From: Cladosporium halotolerans
Lineage: Eukaryota
Reading direction: 5' to 3'
DNA: 54,516 nt
Assembly: GCF_011745625.1 (NCBI RefSeq)
Contig: NW_027191482.1
Location: forward strand, 248,001 to 302,516
Shown one piece after another: positions 1 to 11,102 of this stretch. Numbering within the stretch: the stretch's first letter is position 1; every line of letters begins with the position of its first letter. A program made the position numbers and the translations under genes. The notes beneath the pieces are model-generated. The model saw only the letters and a program-made list of their open reading frames with translations, had not been told where the DNA came from and ran no database searches.

Positions 1-159
1 ATGCTTAAAGTGCAGCGTGGGAGCGTGGGAGCGTGGCAGCGTGGCTGTGAGCCTGTGAGGCCTTGCAGCGGCTGCAGGCGCTTTGAGACTCGCGAGGCGT
101 CCGTGATCGTCGTCGCCATCGACGGCACGCAATGGTCTCTTCGTCATCGGCGTCGTGGT

Positions 160-235
160 GCAACAGCAGCGGCAGCAGCGGCAGCAGCAGCGGAGCAGCA
201 CTTACAGCAGCACCTACAGCAGCAGCAATAGCAAC
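160..235. repeat. Imperfect (GCA)n microsatellite
   Basis: Run of gca/gcg/aca triplets (gcaacagcagcggcagcagcggcagcagcagcggagcagc...). It accounts for the poly-A/Q/S shadow ORFs at the window start. Confidence 0.8.
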
Positions 236-662
236 GGGCGGGACGAGTGCGGTGCTCGAAGCAGGCATTGGTAATTCACTTTCTAGTCCCCTCGGCGTGC
301 CCCAGTGGCGCGACCGGTGGGCATCAGCACGCCGACCACCGAGCAACCAGGTACAGGCACAGGTACTTGCCGTCGCCCGCCGCATTCGCGCCGGCCAGGT
401 TGCGGGCTCGGCCCAGGGCTGGTTGACAGGCATCCAGCATCTCGTCGTCGCGTGTCTCCGCGCCACTGCCACGTTCGCCGGCTAGCACGGGGAGCCAGAT
501 GGCACATGCGGAGCGGCGTCCACCTGTGTATCTTGTATAGCTGAAGCCCGTATGCATTCCCGCTGCCCGGCCGCATGCACCATGGGCAGGCAGCGCAGGA
601 GTCGCGCCTGGCGCGCTGCAGTGCACGCCGTCCGCCGTTGCTGTATGCGTCGATTATGTACG

Positions 663-683
663 TGCTGCTGCTGCTGCTGCTGC
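663..683. repeat. (TGC)7 microsatellite
   Basis: Seven perfect tgc units read directly. Confidence 0.9.
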
Positions 684-1213
684 TTCGCCGGCGAAGACCC
701 CTGCCGCGGCCCCCATTTGCAGGTGTCGCTGGCGTTGGGTGATCTGCCTTCCCTCCCGGCGTACGCGAGGGCCGGCCTGCGCCTACTACGCTGAGCTGCC
801 TGAGCTGCTTCTCGAACGGCGCAGGCACACCAACATCACCTCTCCCCTCCCACCCTCCTCCTCTCCCATCCTCCCCCCAGTGCCATCACCACCGCCGCCG
901 TCTGTTTGTCTCCGGGTATTGTTCGCAGCCCGCACGCTCGTTTCCGCCCGCCCACCACCGCCCGCCGACTCCGCGCCGCCCCGGCCCTCTGCACCACCTC
1001 CCTTGGACGGCGTGACGCGGCCGCCTGCATCCATCCTCCAACACCATCTCGACGCCCGCGCACGCACACGCCCGCGCCCGGTCGCCGTCGCCGCAGCGCT
1101 GTTTCACGCTCACACAGCGCCTCGACCCACCGCTACCGCTCGCTCCTCAGCCCGCAGCCCGTAGCCCGTAGCCCGCCCGCTGCGCCGCCCTCTGCCTCGT
1201 CACAGAACGGACA

Positions 1214-4016
1214 ATGGCGCCGTCAACGCCCCGGCTTCGCATTCTCTCAGGTCAGTAACGGCCTCGCGCTACCGCCCGCCTGCCGGCCGCATGTCCGCGC
1301 ACTCCTGCCTGCTGCCCTTTGCCTTCAACGGTCCGCCACGCTCGATGCGTCGGATCTCCACTTTTCTAGCGCGTCCAAATATCCCACACCTGTGCCAGCC
1401 CAAAGCTTCGCCCGGGCTGGTGAGGCCTTCGTGCCGTTGCCTTCCACACATGCCACTCCCTCCTCCATACCACCAGCCATGGATGACGGTCAGCTGACAC
1501 AGAAGGTGTGCGCAGTCGGCGGCAATGCTGTCTCTGCCTTTCTCTCCTGGCGCCTCTCCGCGACCAACGCCTGCGACGTGACCCTCGTCTGGAAGAGCGG
1601 CTTCGACGCCGTGTCGCAGTACGGCATCTCGTTCAAGTGAGTCCGACAACTCCCCGCCGACCGCTTCGTCGCCGCTGACAACAATAATCCCTCCAGGTCG
1701 AGCACATTCGGAAACGAGCGCTTCAAGCCCAGACATGGTACGCCCCGCCCGCCACACCCCTGACGCGACCATTGAGAGACAGAAAACTGACGAGATACCG
1801 TCCAACAGTCGTCCGCACACCCGAAGAAGCGGCGTCGTTGTCGCGCGCTTCATACGACTACGTCGTGCTTTGCGTCAAGGCGCTCCCAGACGTCTACGAT
1901 CTAGCCTCCGTCATTGAGTCGGTCGTTGCGCCCCAGCACACATGCATTCTCGTCAACACTACACACAGCCTCGGCGTCGAGTCGTATCTCGAGCAGCGCT
2001 TTCCCACCAACGTTGTTCTCTCATTAGTATCAGGAGCGGAGATTACACAGCTTGGAGCGAGCGAGTTTGAACACACAGGTCCCACGGAACTTTGGGTTGG
2101 CGCTGCGAACAAGAATTCTTCTATTCCCGCATCTATTCAGCACGACATGGCCGAGGCACTGGCCATGACACTCAAATCCGGCGCCGTCGACTGTGACGTG
2201 TCTCCGAACATCCGACAGCACCAGTATGAGCGCATGATAGGGTAAGTCTGCAAATACTGATGGAAATTTTGGATGCCCACTAACATACGTGAACAGTCCT
2301 ATTTCTTTCCACCCCGCAAGCGTTATTTTTGAAACACCCTCTCACGCCGAGCTTCTTGAGAAAGTCGGCGTACGTTCGATGATTACGGGAGTCATGGATG
2401 AACTCCTCAATCTGGCTGCTGCTCAAGGCTGCAGCTTCAAACCTGGTTTCAAGGAGGCTACCATGGAACAAATGATTGCACCCACCGAAACACAGAGCGC
2501 CATGTACCAGGACTACATCGCCCGCAGGCCAATGGAAGTTGAGACTTACCTCGGATCACCGATCAAGTTGGCTCAAGAAGCTGGTGTATCAGTTCCGCGC
2601 ATCGAGACTCTGTATTCGATGCTCCACAACGCCAACATCGTCAACCAGAACCGACCACAGCAGGCTGCAGCTTCGCCGAATCCTCAAGCCCCTCCTCGCA
2701 TGCCCGCAGGCCCTGGCGCCCCGCCTCCTAGAGGCCTTGCTGGACCTGTCCCAGGCCCTATGCGAAATGGTATGCGCCCGGGACCTGGCAGCAGAGCACC
2801 TTCCGCTCAAGGAGGACCTCCGCCTAACCGTCGGGGTCCGTCCATGGGTGGCTTTCCTCCGCGGATGAACGGCAATGGATATGGTCCCAGAGGTCCTCCG
2901 CAGCAAATGCAGCGTCGGGGTTCCTTTGAGGGAGACGACTTGGGAGAATTCAGCCATCTCATGCTCTACGATAATATGCCCGAGGGCCAAGTTGCAGATG
3001 GTGGTTATGACATGACAGGGTCTCCAGGACCAGACATCGCTCTGAGAGAACGAGAATTGGCTCTTCGCCAGAAAGAGCTGGCTTTGAGGGAGCAGGAGTA
3101 CAACATGCGCCGCAGAGGTCCGGGTCCAGGCCCGCGGATGCCTCCCCCGCCCATGTCCCATGCAGGATTCGACGATGACGACGAGGATGGCGAGGACTTC
3201 TTCGACCCGATGGCAGCTCACGCAGGTCCACCAATCGACCCAGACACTGTGGACATGATGAGTGTGACCTCGAGGCGGACACGAAAGGCTCCCAGCGCCA
3301 GCCAGCTCCGAGCGAACCCTGAAATGGCCGGCGCTCCTGGCATGCGTCAAAGTCGAGGCCCTTTCAAGCGCCCTGGTATGAAAAACCGCGTCAGCAACTC
3401 TATCATGAACGACATGCCAAACTTGCGAGAAGAGCTGATGAGCAACCCCTTGATGGGCTACTCCTCGGACAGGTACGGCAATGTTGACCGCCACAACCTA
3501 GGCGTCGAATCTCGCACGAACTCCCTCACGGCAGAAAGGCTGAACGAACTTTCTCGTGGTGGCCCACCGGGTCCTCCAGGCCCACCCGGTGCATTTCCTG
3601 GCCCTCCAATGAGCCGTCGGGGTAGCCACTCTCCTGGCAACCCTTTCCAAGCCAATGGTCGCACTCAGAGCCTACGCCCGTCGCCTCCTGGTGGCTACGG
3701 TCCCAACGGTATGATGCCTCCTAACGGCATGATGCCCCCCAACGGCCGCCCTTCGCCTCCGGGAATGAGGCAACCGGTGCCCCGCCACCCTCCTGGACAC
3801 GGCAACGCAGTTGCGCCGCAAAACGTTGAACAACAAGTCGGGGTGAGCCACCTTTACCCACCCAAAAGCGGCCCACAAGTACGCAGTCTGACCGGTTCTG
3901 CGAGCGCTAGCGCGGGGAGTGGTGAAAGTAACCGCTCTGCGCCTCTCGACTCCGACCCTTCTGCCCACAGTTCCAGCAGCAGCCTAGGCCCGCGCCCTCC
4001 CATCGGCGTCCGGTAA
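1214..4016 (+). CDS. Ketopantoate-reductase (ApbA/PanE)-fold protein with long Pro/Gly-rich C-terminus, SVL3/PAM1/Mug72-like; join(1214..1250,1516..1636,1697..1737,1809..2241,2297..4016)
   Basis: Spliced product begins MAPSTPRLRILSVGGNAVSAFLSWRL and includes YDYVVLCVKALPDVYDL and SAMYQDYIARRPMEVETYLGSPI. Four GT-AG introns with branch sites keep the frame. Confidence 0.85.
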
Positions 4017-5100
4017 AGCTGACACCCAGCCACGCAACCCTTCATTCTCTCAAGAAACCCGCCGACACACCTTTCATTCATTGAGACGTCCTCACGGCTT
4101 TCCATGGCGTTTGAGCAGCGCAGCTGCCTGGAAGAAAAAACAGCGCCTTGCTCTTCTGGATACTCGAGGCCGGCCATGCGCGCAAAGACGAGTTGACCAC
4201 AGTCACTACGGGAAGCATGCGACATGCCACACATCGATTCTACCGACCAACGCTACTAATTGCATGTATCGCTACGCACCGTACGATCAGCTCACACCTT
4301 TTACAGCCGAAAGCACGACCAGAATCGCCCATCATAATTACCCGATAGGCGCACCAGCCGGCTCTCGAGAGACAGCCGGGAGTCTGATCCCAGACGCACG
4401 AGGAGAGCTGGACGCATTAAAACCCACATGATCACCATCTACCCATAGACATATTTGGCAAACGGACCAAACGGCGCACACCTTTCCTTTCTCCTTTTGT
4501 TTCCTGTCCCTTGGCCTGCAGGTGGCGCAGAGAGCCCTCACGGACCGAATCGTCTTTTGTTCCTTTTTCTTTCTTTCTCTTGAGTACATACCCGAACCCC
4601 ACCCGGGCTGAGCGCCGCGCCCCTCTCTGAGCGAGACAAAAACAAGGCCAACTGCTATGATAAGAGTCTGGATGCAGGGCAAGGTCAATGGAAAAGCGAG
4701 CGAGCGAACGAGGAAGTGTTTTTGGGACGGGATGAGGAAGCGAGTTTCGACGGATTTTTCGCGAGCATGCCAGAACAGACATCTTTAATATCAAAGCTGG
4801 CCAGCACTTGTGGTGGCATCTTTCTCCTTCCACCTCTGTTCTATTTTCTGTTCGATCGTGTTGTCGGATGAGAGTTTTGAGTGTTGCATACGGGCGTTGG
4901 TGGGGTTCGGTGGCTTTGCTTCGCTATGAGTAGTTTACGTGAGATCAATCAATTGTCGTTGGAGCTGTTGAATTTCAAATGCGAAGCGTCAAGGGGCTAC
5001 CTACAGTGGCTTGACGGCTTCGAGGACTGATCTGAGGGTGAATTGAGGTCTAGCTGCTTCGTTATTCCTTGCCTGAGTGAAGATCAGTGGCGTTTGCTGA

Positions 5101-5371
5101 GTGAGGCGGAGAAGTGATGCTCAGCAAGTGAGGCGGAGAAGTGATGCTCAGCAAGTGAGGCGGAGAAGTGATATTCAGCAAATGAGGCGGAGAAGTGATG
5201 CTCAGCAAGTGAGGCGGAGAAGTGATGCTCAGCAAGTGAGGTGGAGAAGTGATGCTCAGCAAGTGAGGCGGAGAAGTGATGCTCAGTAAGTGAGGTAGAA
5301 CAGTGATGTTAGCAAGTGAGGCGGACAAGTGATGTTCAGCAAGTGAGGTGGAGGCGGACCAGTGACGCTTC
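5101..5371. repeat. 27-bp tandem minisatellite (GTGAGGCGGAGAAGTGATGCTCAGCAA), 7 near-perfect plus about 3 degenerate copies
   Basis: Units start at 5101, 5128, 5155, 5182, 5209, 5236 and 5263, with decayed copies at 5290, 5316 and 5343. Confidence 0.95.
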
Positions 5372-5573
5372 ATGAGTGAAAGTAACACATGTGATCGCTC
5401 ACAAGCTTTCACATGAGTGTTGCACGCGGCTCCTTGATCCCTCCCCCACGACTACATTTTACCTTTCGCTGTTGACTACACTCTTCCACCACCGACAACC
5501 GAACCAACCGTTCTGCAAGGACCAAGCTCACGCACAAAGCCACTAACATCAACTACTGAGACCCATCTGCACC

Positions 5574-6553
5574 ATGGCGCCGAAAACCGGAGTCCATGGC
5601 CTCAAAGGCCCCGAAAGCAAGAACACAAAGAAGGCGAAGACACCGAAAGCGACTGGCGTCCACACGTTGGGAGGACCGCAGACGGCAGCGACTACAACGC
5701 CAAAGGGCAGTGCCTCCGCCAAAAAAGCGAACACTCTCTCCGAGATGCGCGCAGACGAACATGAGCGGAGGCCGTCGAAGCGCGCCAAACTAGCTGCTCA
5801 AGACGACGAAGACTACGTTGACGAACCTGCCGACGCTGTTGCTGCCGATGAAGACGAAGACGATCTGGATGAATGGGGTGATGGTCTGTGGGCTGCTGAG
5901 TTCGAGACCGATGAAGAGGATCTGCAGGACGAAAGCGACCAGGAACCTTTTGCGGATGATCCTGATATGGAAGAGGACGAGATCGAGCAGCAGAATGTGC
6001 ACGAGACCATCAACGAGAAAGGAGAATTCGTCTCGGTTCCAGGCGAACAAGTCAGCGAGCAAGAAGTAGCGGAGAAGTTACGCAGAGACAGCACCAGAGT
6101 TCAGCATATGCACAAGCTGTTCAAAATGATCTACCGCATGGTAAGTTTGTGTTCATCAACGAATGATTGGGTGCGTAGCACACTTTCGCTAACCTATGTT
6201 CGCGTTGACAGAATGCCGATGCCCAGGAACATAAAGGCAAAAAAGACTCGGAACTGGACGACATTGTGGCAGACGAGCCCGGGGGCAGATACGACGTCAT
6301 CCCCGACCCGACAGGCGATCTCCTACGCGTTGGCCCAGGGGTTTACCGGGACGTGAGGACTACGGACATTTACCAGCGTGTGAAGCCAGGCCCGAAATCG
6401 AGGAGAAGGGCCGAGGGCAAGAGCGTCAAGCACGTTTCTGGGAGCCGTGCGAAGAAAAAGATACGAGAGGCGATGAGGATGGCAAAGGATGAGGCGAAGG
6501 CTAAGAAAGCGAAAGCGGCGAAGGCACCAAAGGTGAACCAGAATCAGCTATGA
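5574..6553 (+). CDS. Hypothetical low-complexity protein (basic N-terminus, acidic core, basic C-terminus); join(5574..6140,6212..6553)
   Basis: Kozak-like caccATGg start. An intron with GTAAGT donor (6141), GCTAAC branch and CAG acceptor (6211) joins ORFs 5574.. and ..6553 in frame. No recognisable domain. Confidence 0.65.
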
Positions 6554-6945
6554 AGGAAGCAGAGTACCTTAAGTCATCTTGTCGGCGAGGACAAGGGATG
6601 AGGCTGCTGCGTATGCTTCATGGTGAGTTTAATTAAGCTTCATTAGTATGTATTGAACACGGGGAAGTATGCGACTCCGTCATTCGGAACCAGCGGGCAT
6701 CGTCATTGCTCCATCAGCCCACCTCTAGAACCCCACTACCAACCACGGGGGCAAGGCACTACAAAGGTAGGTCAACAGGCGCCTTACTATATGTCGCCTC
6801 GTAGACTTCCTTATTCTGCCACATCCATATTTTTGCGTTAATCTCCCTTCAACACCCTTCATTTGCTCCAAGAAACCGCGCGCCCATAGGCTCTGGCAGC
6901 TCATATCCACTACCGTCGAACACACCCCACCACGCCTCACACACA

Positions 6946-7817
6946 ATGACCACCCCGCGCGTCTTCATAATACGCCACGGCGAGACCGAATGGTCCCTCA
7001 ACGGCCGGCACACCGGGCTCTCCGACATCCCGCTCACCAGCAACGGCGAGCGGCGCATCCGGGCCACCGGCCGCGCCCTCGTCGGCCAAGACCGCCTCAT
7101 CGTGCCGCGCAACCTCGCGCACGTCTACGTCTCGCCGCGCGCGCGCGCGAAGCGCACCGTCGAGCTGCTGAACCTGGGCCTGCGCGAGCCGCTGCCTTGG
7201 ACAGACAAGCACCCGGAGGACCACGCGGAGGTGGGGACGCGGTCGGACGCGCGTGTGGAGGTGACGGAGGGCGTGCGCGAGTGGGACTACGGCGACTACG
7301 AGGGCGTGACGAGCAAGGAGATCCGCGAGGGGAGGAAGCAGCGGGGCGAGGGCGAGTGGGATATTTGGCGGGACGGGTGCCCGGGTGGAGAGTACGTTTG
7401 CAGACACTGGTCGCTTTGCTTGAAAGGCAGCTAGCTGCTAAGGCAGAGGTCTTGACGAGCACGCCGGCTAACAGCAGCAGGTCCCCGACCGACATCACCT
7501 CGCGCTGCGACGCCGTGATAGCAGACATCCGCAAGCGCTTCCACGCGCACGCGATCGGCAGGCCCAAAGGAAGTGTGGCGGAGCCCTTCGACGTGCTGGT
7601 GGTCGCCCACGGGCACTTCCTGCGGGCCTTCGCGGCGCGGTGGATTGGCAAGAATATCGCGGATAACCCCAGTTTGATCTTGGAGGCCGGCGGCGTGGGG
7701 ACGCTGAGCTACGAGCACCACAGCTTGGACGAGCCTGCGATTCTGCTAGGTGGTGCGTTCATGAGTGACGTGGTGGAGGATGCGGAGAGGAAGACGTCGA
7801 TGCAGGTCTCGCAGTAG
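6946..7817 (+). CDS. Histidine phosphatase (phosphoglycerate mutase family), sedoheptulose-1,7-bisphosphatase SHB17-like; join(6946..7391,7481..7817)
   Basis: RHGETEWS..GRHTG..DIPLT, VSPR.RA, EWDYGDYEG and VAHGHFLR motifs; intron GTACGT...GCTAAC...CAG. Confidence 0.9.
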
Positions 7818-8126
7818 GCCGAATAACCTAACGCGAGGCTGTGTATGGGTGTCTAGATATGCACGCGACGAGTAGAGGGTGGAAATCATAATGAACGGCA
7901 ATGTCGGACCCTGGACATTCTATGTTGGTGAGCAATTGAAACGCATTCACGCAATTTCGCACTCTTGAGAGCTAAAAGGTACAGTCTGATTTTCGTTATC
8001 TCGGCCTTCGCATCCATTCTAAGTCTCAAAAAGGCAACCCGCATCATTGAATATCACTTTTCCCGTTTTCTTTAATCCCAGCCGAGAATCTGAGCCTTCG
8101 CTCTCCTTGATTTTCATTCAATGCAT

Positions 8127-9945
8127 CTAAGCGGCCATGTAGCTCTTGACGTCAATGCCCTCCTTGGGGTACTCGGGCAGCGCAACGGCGAACCTCTTCT
8201 CAACCTGCTGAAGGACCTCCTGGTCCTGCTCGGAGCTGACGAAGCTGATGGCAACACCCTTGGTACCGAAACGACCGGCACGACCAACACGGTGAAGGTA
8301 GCTGTCAGCGTCGCCGGGAAGATCGTAGTTGATGGCCAAGTTGATACGCTCAATGTCGATACCACGGCCAAAGACGTCGGTGGAGACACAGATACGCTCC
8401 TTGAACTCCTTGAACTTCTGGTAGCGCTTGATACGCTCCTCCTGGCTGACACCGGAGTGCACAGCGATGGACGGGAAGTTGCACTCGCGGAGGAGCTTGT
8501 CGAGCTCAGTGCAGCGGAGAGTAGACTTGACGAAGATGATGACCTGGTTATACTCCAGCTCGTCAAGAAGATCGTTGAGCTTGCGGTTCTTCTCAGCCTC
8601 AGTGAGTTTGACGTAGTACTGCTGAAGACCGTGAAGGGTGAGCTTGGCCTCCTCCTTCTCGATGTACTCGCTGGGGTTCCTCATGAACTTCCTGCAGATC
8701 GGGAGGACTTCCGGAGACAGAGTGGCGGAGAACATCATCACCTGCTTCTGAGTGGGAGTTGCGCGGAAGATCTCCTGAACATCGCGGCGCATGTCTGAGC
8801 ATATGTTAGCGATAGGTGTTGCCTACGAGGTCTTGCGGTCTGTCATACCAATCTGGTCAAGCATCTTGTCGCACTCATCGAGGACGAAGCGCTGGACATT
8901 GCCAAGGCGCAGGTGCTTGTCGCGAACAAGGGCGTTGAGACGACCAGGAGTGGCGACGATGATGTGGGGGTGAGTTTCCTTGTTCTGGAGGACGTTGATG
9001 TTATCCTGGATGGGGGTACCACCGTAGAAGACAGAAGTCTTGACGTCCGGCAGATACTTGCTGAAACGGGCGTACTCGTTCTTGATCTGGAAAGCAAGCT
9101 CGCGGGTGTGGCACATAACCAAGACCGAGCACTCTCCAGCAACGGGCTCGATTTGCTGCAGGGTTGCCAAGACGAAGATGGCAGTTTTACCAAGACCGGA
9201 CTTGGCCTGACCGAGAATGTCGGCTCCAAGAATGGCCTGAGGAATGCAGTTCTGTTGGACTGTAGTTATGAGTCAGAAATCGTCCGGCGAGTATAACGCA
9301 AGCGATCGAGCGTCGAGTCCATCCATCTCAGAATATTGGCTATGCCGCCAATCCAATGTACCGCCTGCATCTTTGAAAGTATACACCCCGCTGCTACAGC
9401 GATTCTTCTCTCCTCACCAGGACGGCGAATCTCGTCCGCTCGATTTGAGCTACGACTTGCATTCGCGCTCAAGGTCCGTGAAAGCCAGGGGCTTCGGCTC
9501 GCCCGACCGTGAGGCTGTAGGCTTATCTGGACACAGCCGTGTAGTGCCACAGGTAGAGGCCCATTCTTTTGCTTCCTTCTCCCACGAGAGGACACATGAC
9601 GCAACGCAGGATACATGGGTTCTTGCTCGCGCTCTGCTCCTTGCAGGCTTGTTTCTGAGATGGACGGACGCTCGGCGCTTCGTGACCGCAGAAGCACAGA
9701 GGGATGGATAACTAACTCATAGACGGGTGCTCGAAACCGCAGTCGGTGATGGCCTTGAGAAGCTCGGGCTTGAGCAGGAAGTCGCGGAAAGAAGTGCTGT
9801 GGACACCGGCGTAGGAGCCCTGCGCGTCGGTGGCGCCAGTCGCGGCGGCATCCTTCTTGGCCTCACCGTTGGCAGCGGCCGGGGCGGCGTCGGTGGTCTG
9901 AAGCTCCTCGTCGGAGTAATCGATGAGATCCTCCTCAGCAGACAT
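8127..9945 (-). CDS. SUB2: DECD-box ATP-dependent RNA helicase SUB2/UAP56; complement(join(8127..8794,8849..9259,9717..9945))
   Basis: [14 protein letters not shown] start, DCGFEHPS Q-motif, [25 protein letters not shown] and [10 protein letters not shown] motifs. Confidence 0.97.
9300..9680 (-). ncRNA. Candidate structured RNA element inside SUB2 intron 1 (family unknown)
   Basis: 17-bp closing stem (9317-9333 with 9653-9669) plus several nested stems; see findings. I recognised no box C/D, H/ACA or riboswitch signature. Confidence 0.45.
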
Positions 9946-10439
9946 GTCGGCGGTGGAAGCTAAAAGTGAGGTACTCGGTTGTCGCGTGAGGTTGGTGCCT
10001 CGGGGTAGTGTGAGTGGAGAAAGTCGGCGAAAGCTGTAGCCGCCGTGAGGTGATGAAAGTGGTGGGTTCGACCGGGCGTGATGGTCTGAATGCGGGTGGT
10101 GAGTGGGTGGTGATGGGAGTGAGGCCGGCTGCGGCGATGGAATGTTGTCGCGAACAGCCTGCGGGCGCTTGGGCCACTCAGCCCGCGCTAAGCCCTATGC
10201 AGCTGACTCGAAGTCGAGAGAATGATCCTTCCAAGTGGATGATTGATTGATTAATCTACGCTGCACCTGCTTTACACCGAGCTTTGGGCAGTGAAGTGGT
10301 GCACCCTTACTTGGGAAGTTAAGCGCATGATTGAAATGATGGCATAATGTTCTCACAATTTATGTGACACATGCACCGCACGGCAGGGCAACCGACAAGG
10401 AGCACGGCAAGACTTCACTTTTGAAATATCACGGCCACG

Positions 10440-11102
10440 ATGGCCAAAGATAAGGCCAAAAAGGGTGTTCTCAATAAGCATCTGCACGCCAGAATCGCGT
10501 ACCTGCATCAGGCCGCAAAATATCTCAGCACGCAGGCCTTGTCCGAATCGCCAGTCAATGACCGTTCATCCGCCATGCAAATCTCTTCAGAGAGCGATCC
10601 AGGCACCTCATCATGCGAGTCCGAGCTTCATGGGACGCTGGCGACAAACGACATTTCTGCTAGAGCCAACACAAGACCAGCACCAGGCCAGCCTAGCACA
10701 GCCACCTTCACCCCGCCACACTCAGGCCTTCCTCTACAGCTCAGCGCGCACCTACGTGCCGTCGCCCAGAAGGCTCAGATTCGTCTTTCTCATGATATTA
10801 AGCACGCCATTTGCAAAGCGTGCAGCTCTCCTCTTATTGACGGTGAGACTTGCAGCAGGACTATGGAGAATCTGAGTAAGGGCGGGCGCAAACCATGGGC
10901 CAACGTTCTGGTGGTGAAGTGCCTTGCTTGCGGCGCGTGCAAGCGGTTTCCTGTTGGTGCAAAGAAACAGAAGCGAAAGTCACTACGGGAGACTGGTAAA
11001 GTGACCGTCGAGACTACCATGGGCGGTGAAAGGAATCAAGAATTCAGTAAAGTTACGGGCAGCATGGTTGATGTGCCTATCCATGAAGGTAGAAAGGTAT
11101 GA
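10440..11102 (+). CDS. RNase P/MRP Rpr2/Rpp21/Snm1-family zinc-binding subunit
   Basis: HLHARIAYLHQAA, AQKAQIRLSHDIKHAICKAC...KCLACG..KRFP (CxxC...CxxC). Divergent from SUB2. Confidence 0.85.
   Translation: MAKDKAKKGVLNKHLHARIAYLHQAAKYLSTQALSESPVNDRSSAMQISSESDPGTSSCESELHGTLATNDISARANTRPAPGQPSTATFTPPHSGLPLQLSAHLRAVAQKAQIRLSHDIKHAICKACSSPLIDGETCSRTMENLSKGGRKPWANVLVVKCLACGACKRFPVGAKKQKRKSLRETGKVTVETTMGGERNQEFSKVTGSMVDVPIHEGRKV

Noticed and set aside
1..1200. ORFs at the window start
   Set aside because: Low-complexity GC-rich and microsatellite sequence; most simply the upstream region or long leader of the gene starting at 1214.
5101..5371. 27-bp array as a CRISPR array, or as coding repeats (ORFs 5062..5412 minus, 5101..5289 plus)
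   Set aside because: There are no unique spacers and no cas genes, and the context is eukaryotic. The ORFs lack ATG starts and arise because 27 is a multiple of 3.
8121..8798. Long antisense or alternative-frame ORFs over SUB2, and similar ones over CaMK, ValRS, the MFS gene, DUF1295 and the kinase
   Set aside because: These are shadow ORFs caused by strong GC3 codon bias and show no recognisable motifs.
9260..9716. SUB2 intron as a TPP riboswitch, RNase P/MRP RNA or box C/D snoRNA
   Set aside because: CTGAGA is present but lies in the closing stem without the rest of the TPP core. I found no P4/CR-V motifs and no RTGATGA box C.
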